Shown piece by piece: positions 1 to 9,200 of a stretch of 41,391 nucleotides of DNA (position 1 is its first letter; every line of letters begins with the position of its first letter). The notes under the pieces are model-generated. The model was given only the letters and a program-made list of their open reading frames with translations, did no database searches and was not told the DNA's origin. The stretch comes from Lentisphaerota bacterium (GTDB lineage Bacteria > Verrucomicrobiota > Kiritimatiellia > RFP12 > JAAYNR01). The position numbers and the translations under genes were made by a program. Location: the NCBI GenBank assembly GCA_012520735.1, contig JAAYNR010000019.1, positions 1-41,391 on the forward strand. The letters run 5' to 3'.

Positions 1-10
1 AGCTTTGTCG

Positions 11-135
11 GGGCTGGTGAATGGTCTTTTGCGTGTCGGAAACCGGGTTATGTCACGCCCTTACAGGGCTAAATTTATTATGTGACGTATTCCCGGGGCG
101 TTGCCCCGGGCTGGTATGTATAGCCCTTTCAGGGC
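11..135. repeat. REP-like GC-rich extragenic palindromic units (two adjacent copies)
   Basis: GGGCTGGT...GCCCTTACAGGGC (12-69) is followed by CCCGGGGCGTTGCCCCGGGCTGGTATGTATAGCCCTTTCAGGGC (92-135). There is a 7-bp stem CCCGGGG/CCCCGGG (92-98/104-110) and GCCC-N5-GGGC hairpins. No credible ORF. Confidence 0.45.
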
Positions 136-142
136 AGGCTTG

Positions 143-217
143 CACTCTTCACTCTTTTTTTTCGTTTAAGTGTAAGCGTTGAAGTGTGATTCGTCTAAGC
201 GTAGGCGTTTAAGGGTG
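143..217. repeat. short tandem direct repeats (CACTCTT x2, then an imperfect 28-nt unit x2)
   Basis: CACTCTT occurs at 143-149 and 150-156, followed by a T-run. TTCGTTTAAGTGTAAGCGTTGAAGTGTG (161-188) and TTCGTCTAAGCGTAGGCGTTTAAGGGTG (190-217) are 23/28 identical by hand alignment. Confidence 0.6.
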
Positions 218-246
218 GCGGTGTGATGATTTCTACTCTGTAAAGG

Positions 247-275
247 TTGCGCATAGGGGAAGGGGTTGTTATACT
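247..275 (+). promoter_or_regulatory. sigma70-like promoter candidate for the riboswitch-pnuC unit
   Basis: TTGCGC (247-252), a 17-nt spacer, then TATACT (270-275). The implied start lies a few nt before the riboswitch P1 stem. Confidence 0.45.
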
Positions 276-284
276 ATGTGACTG

Positions 285-385
285 ATTCGACAGGGGAGCG
301 GCTGGTATAAAGCGGGCGGCTGAGATTCCGATAGTGGAGACCCTAGGAACCTGATGCGGTCAGTACCGCCGTAGGGAGTCGGTGT
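285..385 (+). promoter_or_regulatory. TPP (THI-box) riboswitch aptamer
   Basis: The conserved blocks occur in canonical order: GGGGAGC 293-299, CUGAGA 320-325, ACCC 340-343, AACCUGAU 348-355, P5 stem GCGGU/ACCGC 356-360/365-369, and CGUAGGGA 370-377. They are closed by P1 CGAC/GUCG (288-291/378-381). Confidence 0.85.
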
Positions 386-465
386 GCCGATACAGTATGG
401 AGTCTTTATTTACAGACGACCCATACACGGAAGGCTGGCTCCTGCTAAAAACAAAAGGGAGCCAA

Positions 466-1119
466 ATGGGAGGCACATTGATATTGAGTGCAATTGAGTG
501 GTGGACGATTCTAGGAACCACACCACTGGAGATTATAGCTACATGCGCCTCGGTAACGGGGGTATTTCTGATAGCCCGGCAAAATATCTGGGGTTGGCCA
601 CTGGGTCTTATCTGGGCGGGGATATCGGCCTATCTGGCATTTATAGCGTGGAGTCTGGTCTCCGACGGTATACTATACCTTACATACATACCGTTGCAAT
701 GTTACTGCTGGTTTGTGTGGTTACGGCGTGGAGGAAGGAGACAAGCCGAGCTAAGCGATGCCTTTATCCCTACCTGGCTGCCACGGCGGCGACAGATTCT
801 ACTGACAGGGGCAGCAGCGGTATCGATTGCAATTTGGGCCCATGCGATGGTCTGGCTGGCAGCCAATCTAACCTGGTTCCCCACGCCGGCGTTACTATGG
901 CGCGACTCAACCACCACCGTTTTAAACTTTTACGGACAATTTCTGCAAGCTCGAAAGAGAATGGAGAACTGGACATTCTGGTTAATAGTAAACACTCTGG
1001 GTATTCACATCTACTGGGTCAAGGGATCGCCCATCTACTCTTTGCAATACGGCATATTTTTGGTTCTGGGTCTCTACGGTTGGTGGAGGTGGCACCGTTC
1101 AAGAGGGGGAGAGGGGTAG
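466..1119 (+). CDS. pnuC: PnuC-family vitamin transporter; the THI-box upstream implies a thiamine-specific PnuT subtype
   Basis: The ORF-track frame 382..1119 is a multi-TM protein with PnuC-like features (IARQNIWGWPLGL, WFVW, C-terminal YGWWRW). I prefer ATG 466 because a GGGAG SD sits at 457-461. The upstream in-frame starts (GTG 382, ATG 397) lack an SD and abut the aptamer. Confidence 0.8.
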   Translation: MGGTLILSAIEWWTILGTTPLEIIATCASVTGVFLIARQNIWGWPLGLIWAGISAYLAFIAWSLVSDGILYLTYIPLQCYCWFVWLRRGGRRQAELSDAFIPTWLPRRRQILLTGAAAVSIAIWAHAMVWLAANLTWFPTPALLWRDSTTTVLNFYGQFLQARKRMENWTFWLIVNTLGIHIYWVKGSPIYSLQYGIFLVLGLYGWWRWHRSRGGEG

Positions 1120-1133
1120 CGAGCGGCTATATG

Positions 1134-1157
1134 GGAGTGTGAAAAACTCTTTTTTTA
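1134..1157 (+). terminator. weak intrinsic terminator candidate after pnuC
   Basis: A 5-bp stem GGAGT/ACTCT with a 7-nt loop is followed by T7. The stem is short. Confidence 0.3.
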
Positions 1158-1196
1158 TCTTTTCGTCACATATTTAAAAATATTTTCACGGATGGG

Positions 1197-1225
1197 TTGA
1201 CAAACCTGCTCTCATTGTGTACATT
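1197..1225 (+). promoter_or_regulatory. strong sigma70-like promoter candidate upstream of tRNA-Thr/tuf
   Basis: TTGACA (1197-1202), a 17-nt spacer, then TACATT (1220-1225). It is preceded by the AT-rich stretch TATTTAAAAATATTTTCAC, which is UP-element-like. Confidence 0.5.
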
Positions 1226-1410
1226 AAACGGGTTTTCGCCTTATCAGGATAAAAGTTTATCTATGGTGGGGCGGAATTAACAGGTTAACAATAAGGCGAG
1301 AAGAGGCTCTAACTCGGGTAAATCAGGTTATCAGGCTAATAAAGCGTGTGCTGATTTATACTGGGTAAGGGTTTTTTTGCCCCACGTATGGGTGTGGGGT
1401 GGTTCTTTGA

Positions 1411-1486
<76 letters not shown>

Positions 1487-1525
1487 GCTCGCAAAACGGC
1501 TTGAAAAGTTCACAGGAGAAAAAAA

Positions 1526-2737
<1,212 letters not shown>

Positions 2738-2758
2738 CATTATTTATTGCGGTGTGCG

Positions 2759-2790
2759 CGATTGCCGATGAGTAACATCATCGGCAATCG
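2759..2790 (+). promoter_or_regulatory. perfect 13-bp stem-loop between tuf and rpmG (no U-tract)
   Basis: CGATTGCCGATGA (2759-2771) pairs with TCATCGGCAATCG (2778-2790) around a 6-nt loop. It is followed by TTGCAACCG rather than a T-run. Confidence 0.4.
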
Positions 2791-2818
2791 TTGCAACCGT
2801 TTATTAGGGAGGCTAGAG

Positions 2819-2971
2819 ATGGCCAGAGAACAGGCAGTTTTGGCGTGCACTGAGTGTAAGCGTCGCAACTATATGGGAACACGCAACAAGCGTACCCAGA
2901 CAAATCGTTTGGAATTGGTCAAGTTTTGTCCGTATGAGCGCAAACGGACACTGCACCGTGAGACCAGATAA
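2819..2971 (+). CDS. rpmG: 50S ribosomal protein L33
   Basis: A 50-aa ORF from ATG 2819 with a GGGAGG SD at 2807-2812. The sequence [18 protein letters not shown]...[18 protein letters not shown] matches the L33 pattern. The upstream part of ORF-track entry 2747 crosses the hairpin. Confidence 0.93.
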   Translation: MAREQAVLACTECKRRNYMGTRNKRTQTNRLELVKFCPYERKRTLHRETR

Positions 2972-2984
2972 GTTATTTTAGCTT

Positions 2985-3061
2985 AGGCCAGTAGCTCAAT
3001 TAGGCAGAGCACCGGTCTCCAAAACCGGTTGTTGGGGGTTCGATTCCCTCCTGGCCTGCCA
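2985..3061 (+). tRNA. tRNA-Trp (anticodon CCA), CCA encoded
   Basis: Acceptor AGGCCAG/CTGGCCT, anticodon stem CCGGT/ACCGG with loop CTCCAAA, T-loop TTCGATT. This is the classical position before secE-nusG. Confidence 0.93.
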
Positions 3062-3132
3062 CTTTAATCAAGCCGTGTAGCAGCATTAGTGACACGGCAG
3101 CTCGCAATAAGAGCACAAAATGAGGACACCGA

Positions 3133-3339
3133 ATGGCGAAGGATAAAAAAACAACAGGTCAGCGCATTCAAGGTTTCCTTTCAGAGGTAGGCGCGGAATT
3201 TCGGCGCATTACCTGGCCGGAGCGGCAGGAGCTGATAGAGTCAACGGTTGTGGTGATCGTTTTTATTGTAATTTTGGCAGCGGTCGTTCTGGTTTACGAC
3301 AAGGTAATTGAAGCGGCGCTGCAATTAATCCATTCCTGA
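3133..3339 (+). CDS. secE: preprotein translocase subunit SecE
   Basis: A 68-aa protein with a basic N-terminus, the EFRRITWP motif and a single TM helix. It lies immediately upstream of nusG. Confidence 0.93.
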   Translation: MAKDKKTTGQRIQGFLSEVGAEFRRITWPERQELIESTVVVIVFIVILAAVVLVYDKVIEAALQLIHS

Positions 3340-3351
3340 GCGGGGGGCGCA

Positions 3352-3906
3352 ATGACAAAACAGTGGTTTGTGCTGCAGGCGCTAACGGGCCAGGAGCAGA
3401 AAGTTAAGAAATACATTGAGGCGCAGGTGCGCAACAGTGGTATGCAGGATTTTATCGGCGACGTTGTTCTGCCGATGGAAAAAGTGACTGAGACAAAGGG
3501 TGGTGTCAAATCGACTACCACACGTAAGTTTTTTCCGGGGTATGTTTTTGTAAACCTGATGCTTTACGATGCTAATCGTGAGCTGGTTGAACCGTCCTGG
3601 CGTTTTATACGCGAGGTTCCCGGAGTGATAGGGTTTCTTGGTGGAGACCGCCCTGTACCGCTATCGGCCGGGGAGGTTGATGACGTGATTAATCACGTTG
3701 AGGCCAAGCAAGACAAACCGCGGCCTAAGGTAGTTTACGAGGCTGGGGAGTCAGTCAAGGTTATAGACGGTCCGTTTATAGGTTTGACTGGTGAGATAGA
3801 TGAGGTCGATCCTGACCGGGGCAAGCTGAAGGTATCGGTACCGATATTCGGACGCACGGCACCGGTCGATCTGGAATACTGGCAAGTGGAGCGTGTAGTC
3901 TCCTGA
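3352..3906 (+). CDS. nusG: transcription termination/antitermination factor NusG
   Basis: 184 aa with an NGN domain (WFVLQALTGQEQKV, FPGYVFV) and a C-terminal KOW (GESVKVIDGPFIGLTGEI). Confidence 0.96.
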   Translation: MTKQWFVLQALTGQEQKVKKYIEAQVRNSGMQDFIGDVVLPMEKVTETKGGVKSTTTRKFFPGYVFVNLMLYDANRELVEPSWRFIREVPGVIGFLGGDRPVPLSAGEVDDVINHVEAKQDKPRPKVVYEAGESVKVIDGPFIGLTGEIDEVDPDRGKLKVSVPIFGRTAPVDLEYWQVERVVS

Positions 3907-3989
3907 GCCGGGATACAGACGTCAACCGACGGCTCGCTGGTACCGGGTGGGATCCGGGAGAGCCGCAAACGACAATAAGGTAGTTAATT

Positions 3990-4415
3990 ATGGCAAAGAA
4001 AGTTACAGGTATTGTGCGCCTGCAGATACCTGCTGGTGCAGCCAACCCTGCGCCGCCGGTAGGGCCCGCGTTGGGTTCCCAGGGTGTGAATATTATGGCG
4101 TTCTGCAAAGATTTTAACGCCAAGACCCAGGATAAAAGCGGTTTGATCATCCCGGTGGTGATTACGGTTTATGCTGATCGTAGTTTCTCTTTTATCACCA
4201 AGAGCCCACCGGCTGCGGTGTTAATCAAGAAACACGCTAATCTGGCCAAAGGTTCGGGAGAGCCTAACAAGGAGAAGGTTGGCAAGATCACACGGGAGCA
4301 AGTGCTTGAGATAGTCAAGACTAAGATGGCCGACCTGAACGCAGCCTCAGAAGAGGCAGCTATGCGGATGGTCGAGGGAACCGCACGCAGTATGGGCGTG
4401 GAGATTGTAGACTGA
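3990..4415 (+). CDS. rplK: 50S ribosomal protein L11
   Basis: 141 aa with the hallmark [19 protein letters not shown]. Confidence 0.97.
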   Translation: MAKKVTGIVRLQIPAGAANPAPPVGPALGSQGVNIMAFCKDFNAKTQDKSGLIIPVVITVYADRSFSFITKSPPAAVLIKKHANLAKGSGEPNKEKVGKITREQVLEIVKTKMADLNAASEEAAMRMVEGTARSMGVEIVD

Positions 4416-4429
4416 AGGGGTGGCTAACC

Positions 4430-5113
4430 ATGGCAAAACACGGTAAAAATTATCGCAGTATTAAGGCGAAGGCCCCGGCAGAGGCGATCTCTATTGCTAA
4501 GGCTGTTGACTTTATTAAAGAACACGCAGGCGCCAAGTTTGATGAGACAGTTGAAGTGGCGATGCGCTTAGGGGTAGACTACAAGAAGTCGGATCAGGCT
4601 GTGCGTGGCACGGTGAGTCTGCCCCACGGTACCGGTAAATCGGTGCGCGTGATTGTATTTGCAGAGGGAACGCAGGCTGATACTGCTCTGGCAGCAGGTG
4701 CTGTTGAGGCCGGCTTCGAAGATTTGCTAGAGAAGGTTAAGGGTGGCTGGACCGACTTTGACGTGGCAATTTCAACCACCGACGCAATGCGCGAGGTTCG
4801 CAAGTTGGGTCGTGTGCTTGGACCACGCGGTTTGATGCCCAATCCTAAGACCGGTACAGTTACTGACGACGTAGCCCCGGCTGTGACAGCAGCTATGGGT
4901 GGCAGGGTAGAGTTCCGAATGGATCGTACCGGAAACGTTTGCGTGGTAGCGGGTAAGCGGAGTTTTGAGGCAGCAAAGTTGATAGAGAACATAAACGCAG
5001 TATTGGATGCGATACGCGCGGAGCGTCCGGCCAGTGCCCGTGGCACTTACATCCGTACATGCACGATCAGCTCAACCATGGGCGTTGGCCTGCGCGTTGA
5101 TATTAAGGAGTAA
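4430..5113 (+). CDS. rplA: 50S ribosomal protein L1
   Basis: 227 aa with FDETVEVAMRLGVD and LGPRGLMPNPKTGTVT motifs. Confidence 0.97.
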   Translation: MAKHGKNYRSIKAKAPAEAISIAKAVDFIKEHAGAKFDETVEVAMRLGVDYKKSDQAVRGTVSLPHGTGKSVRVIVFAEGTQADTALAAGAVEAGFEDLLEKVKGGWTDFDVAISTTDAMREVRKLGRVLGPRGLMPNPKTGTVTDDVAPAVTAAMGGRVEFRMDRTGNVCVVAGKRSFEAAKLIENINAVLDAIRAERPASARGTYIRTCTISSTMGVGLRVDIKE

Positions 5114-5118
5114 CCGAA

Positions 5119-5643
5119 ATGAGACCTGAAAAACATTCAATTTTGCAGGAAGTTACGTCGCGGTTGCAGGAAGCCGAGTTTGTATTTGTAATGAACTACG
5201 GCGGTTTGCAGGTGGCGGAACTGACAGAGCTGCGTAAATCACTGTTGGCGCTTAACAGCCGTGCAATGGTAGTTAAAAATAGCTATCTCAGCAAAGCGGC
5301 AGAATCGCTTGGCTGGGACGATATATCAGCGCTTTTGACCGGTCCTACAGCGGTAGTGACAGGGAGCGGTGATATTGCTGAAGTGGCCAAGGTTTTAATG
5401 GCATTTATCAAGGGGCATGACAAGGCTTCGGTTAAGGGCGGCAACTTTGAGGGCCAGCTCTTGACGGTTGACGATGTCAACGAACTCACCACAATTCCGC
5501 CGCGCCAGGTGCTCTACGCCATGGTAGCGGGAACACTGGCGGCCCCGATGACGCAACTGGCTGGAGTTTTCAGTCAGAAGCTGTGCAGTCTGCTCTACGT
5601 GCTCAAGGCAGCCGAAGAGAAGAAAAACAACGATGCGGCGTAA
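5119..5643 (+). CDS. rplJ: 50S ribosomal protein L10
   Basis: 174 aa at the position between rplA and rplL. The composition is L10-like (LRKSL..., VVKNSY). Confidence 0.93.
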   Translation: MRPEKHSILQEVTSRLQEAEFVFVMNYGGLQVAELTELRKSLLALNSRAMVVKNSYLSKAAESLGWDDISALLTGPTAVVTGSGDIAEVAKVLMAFIKGHDKASVKGGNFEGQLLTVDDVNELTTIPPRQVLYAMVAGTLAAPMTQLAGVFSQKLCSLLYVLKAAEEKKNNDAA

Positions 5644-5742
5644 AACCCCGCCCGGGCGTAGCTGGCGGGTGCCAGTGGTGTCCGGCAAATGGTAAACCGC
5701 ACGTGCGAGTCGCGTGAGGTTGCAATAAAAGAAAGTAAAAAA

Positions 5743-6123
5743 ATGAGTGATAATCCTAAATTCGATGAATTCGTAGGTTGGATCGAAGGTCTGACCGTAC
5801 TTGAGCTCTCTAAGCTTGTAAAGACATTGGAAGAGCGCCTTGGCGTTAGTGCAGCAGCTCCGATGATGGCAGCAGCCCCGGCAGCGGCGGCAGCGGCTCC
5901 GGTCGAAGAGCAGACCGAGTTTGACGTAATTCTGGCAGAGATTGGTGCCAACAAGATTGCCGTCATTAAAGAGGTTCGCGCTATTACAGCGCTGGGTCTT
6001 AAAGATGCCAAAGATCTGGTTGAAGCTGCGCCTAAGTCTGTTAAGAGTGGCGTGAGCAAGGACGAGGCCGCCAAGCTGAAGGAGCAGCTTGAGAAGGCTG
6101 GTGCCAAAGTGGAAGTGAAGTAA
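5743..6123 (+). CDS. rplL: 50S ribosomal protein L7/L12
   Basis: 126 aa from ATG 5743, with an Ala-rich hinge and the C-terminal domain [20 protein letters not shown]...AGAKVEVK. The ORF-track start 5689 is an upstream extension. Confidence 0.96.
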   Translation: MSDNPKFDEFVGWIEGLTVLELSKLVKTLEERLGVSAAAPMMAAAPAAAAAAPVEEQTEFDVILAEIGANKIAVIKEVRAITALGLKDAKDLVEAAPKSVKSGVSKDEAAKLKEQLEKAGAKVEVK

Positions 6124-6139
6124 CGGTTCACTATTCGAC

Positions 6140-6189
6140 CCTGAAGCCGCCTGTGTGACGACTAGGCGGTTTCAGGCTTTCTCTTTTTT
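6140..6189 (+). terminator. intrinsic terminator/attenuator between rplL and rpoB
   Basis: A 13-bp stem (6140-6152/6164-6176, one G-U pair) with an 11-nt loop is followed by CTTTCTCTTTTTT. A partial attenuator at this position is known in E. coli. Confidence 0.65.
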
Positions 6190-6241
6190 AAGAGGTTTTC
6201 TGGAGTCGTCGTAAAGCCTTGGCGAAAACAAAGGGGTAGCA

Positions 6242-9200
6242 ATGGGTGTTGAACGCAAGGAGTTCGGTAAACTGAAGGCGGTAATGCAGCCGCCCGATTT
6301 AATTGATATTCAGACTTCATCGTACCAGGAGTTTTTGCAGCTTGGCACACCGGCAGGTAAGCGTGAGACCAAGGGCCTGCAGGCTGTATTTAAAGAGATT
6401 TTTCCTATTGAGGGGTCTGATGGTCGCTATGTACTAGATTTTGTGAAGTACGATTTTGGCGAGCCTAAGATGACTTTTCTCGAGGCTCTGGCGAGGGGTA
6501 CTACATATGCTGCGCCATTACATGCCACTTTTCGTCTGAAAGACGGCGATGAGATCCGTGAAGAGGATGTCTATATGGGGGAGATACCCCTGATGACACC
6601 TGACGGGGCTTTTGTGGTTAATGGTGCGGAGCGGGTTATTGTGAGCCAACTACACCGTTCGCCCGGCATATGTTGTGAGAGTGCGCGTCACCCTAACGGC
6701 AAGACGCTCTATTCAATCCGGATTATTCCTGATCGTGGTTCCTGGATTGAGATTCAATTTGACACAAACGATGTGATGTGGGTCTATCTGGATCGGCGGC
6801 GGAGGCGGCGCAAGTTTCTGGTAACCACACTGTTGCGTGCACTTGGCTTTGGTGCGGATGAAGATCTGCTGAAGCTCTTTTACAGTTTTGAGACCTTTGA
6901 TGTGGTTAAAGCTCAGCAGATGAAGAGCCTTGATTACTACCATTTTAAAGATGGGCTGAGTGATTTTGAGTCGGGCGGGACACAACTGGTTAATCCTTAT
7001 GAGCCATTGACTGTGGCAGCACTGGAGCAGTTGGCTCTGGCCGGATACACAACGGTTGAGGTGATCAATACCAGTTGGGATGAGGGGACTTTCCTCAAGA
7101 CCATGCTGGCTGACGACAGAGTTAAAAATGAGGAAGATGCTCTAAAAGAGATTTACAAACGTTTGCGTCCTGGTGACCCTGCGACACCATCGAATGCCAA
7201 GCAGCTGATTAAGCGACTGTTCTTTGATCCTAAACGTTACGATCTGGGACGGGTAGGGCGCTATAAGATCAATCAAAAACTTAAACTTGATGGCAAAATA
7301 CCGGCTGACTTGCGGACACTTGACGAGAGTGGCATAGATGTGATTGAGGCTATCAGGCACCTGCTTAACGTGATGATGGAGCGGGCTACCATTGATGATA
7401 TCGATCACCTTGGGAGTCGGCGCATCAGAACAGCGGGTGAGTTGCTGGAGAACCAGTGCCGTCTGGGATTGGCGCGCACAGAGCGGTTGATCCGTGAGCG
7501 TATTCAGATGTTTGATCCGGCCACCGGTGTTCTGACACCGGCACGTCTGGTAAACAGCAAATCACTCTCAGCGGTGGTACAGGATTTCTTTGGGCGTAGC
7601 CAGCTCAGTCAGTTTATGGATATGACCAACCCACTCAGCGGGCTGGCACATAAACGGCGGTTGTCGGCTCTGGGGCCTGGCGGTTTGAGTCGCGAGCGTG
7701 CCGGTTACGACGTACGCGACGTACACAGCTCACACTACGGACGTATTTGTCCGATTGAGACACCTGAGGGGCCAAACATCGGGTTGATCTCATCATTGGG
7801 TATCTATGCCAAGGTGAACGACTTCGGCTTTATTGAGAGTCCATATCGCGTAGTCCGTAATGGTTTAGTGACTAATGAAGTTCACTACCTGACAGCAGAT
7901 GCTGAAGAGGGGTATGTCATTGCTCAGGCTAACAGTGTTCTGGACGAAAATAATCACTTTGCCAACGAGAAGGTAGATGTCCGCTATATGGGCGACTTCC
8001 ATGAAGTGGCACCGGAAAAAGTGCAGTATATGGATGTATCGCCGATGCAGGTGGTATCGATTGCTGCGGGGTTGATCCCCTTCCTGGAGCACGACGACGC
8101 TAACCGGGCACTGATGGGTGCTAACATGATGCGTCAGGCCGTACCGCTGCTGCGCACGGAGCGGCCATTTGTTGCCACCGGGCTTGAGGCCCGGGCTGCG
8201 GTAGACTCACGTGTGACCGTACTGGCGGCAGAGGCCGGTGTGGTGGCGTATGTATCGGCTACAGAGATTGTGGTGACAACAGATGGTAAGCTGCCGGCTA
8301 ACCGCCAGAAGCGCGCCAAAGGGGTGCAGCGTTATGAGTTGCAGAAGTTTCGCCGCTCCAATGCCGGTACCTGTTTTAACCAGAAGCCGATAGTTAAAGA
8401 GGGGCAGAAAGTTAACAAAGGTGATGTGCTGGCCGACGGCCCCGGAACTCAGGGCGGGGAGTTGGCATTAGGTAAGAACCTGCGGGTAGCTTTCATGCCA
8501 TGGCGCGGTTACAACTTTGAGGACGCTATTCTGGTAAATGAGCGGGTGGTGCATGACGACGTCTTTACCTCAATTCATATCCAGAGTTTTGATATCGGGG
8601 CACGCGACACCAAGCTTGGTCCTGAAGAGATCACCCGTGATATCCCCAACGTTGGTGAAGATGCACTGCGTAACCTCGGTGCTGACGGAGTAGTGCGGAT
8701 CGGTGCAGAAGTGCGCCATGGTGATATTCTGGTAGGGAAGATCACCCCCAAGAGTGAGACCGAGCTGGCACCGGAAGAGCGGCTGCTGCGGGCTATTTTT
8801 GGTGAAAAGGCTGCCGATGTACGCGATACATCACTGACAGTTCCGAGCGGTACCTGCGGTATAGTGATGGATGTACGGGTGACGGCTGCTGTGCCGCCGC
8901 CACAGGCGGCGACAAAAGGCGAGGCCAAAGAGGTTCGCGATGTAGAGCAGGAGCGTAAGCGGAAGATTCAGGATGTTGAGGACCAACTGACAACGGCACT
9001 CTGCAATATTCTGCTGGGAGAGAAGATCCCCCTTGATGTGATAGATGTCCGGACGGGTGATATTATTATCCCCTGCAATCGTAAAATCACCAAAGCGTTG
9101 CTCAATAAACTGGCTAAATCATACGATCATATCCAGATTGAGAGCAGCCCGGTGCAGCAGAAGATCTCTGAGATTATTGATGAATACCGGCCTAAGTTTG

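Noticed and set aside
498-1142. 214-aa ORF in an alternative plus frame overlapping pnuC, plus the small antisense ORFs at 702-976
   Set aside because: It lies entirely inside the PnuC-family gene. The translation is low-complexity with no motifs. The PnuC frame has a clear family resemblance.
5595-6131. 178-aa antisense ORF opposite rplL (Ala/Ser-rich), and similar antisense ORFs in rpoB, rpoC, fusA, rplA, rpsE and others
   Set aside because: All are embedded in strongly supported core genes and show GC-driven low-complexity translations. They are treated as non-coding.
7590-7690. Natural substitutions in rpoB Rif cluster I (for example DMTN instead of DQNN)
   Set aside because: The major resistance-determining residues (equivalents of E. 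coli D516, H526 and S531) are unchanged. No resistance inference is justified.
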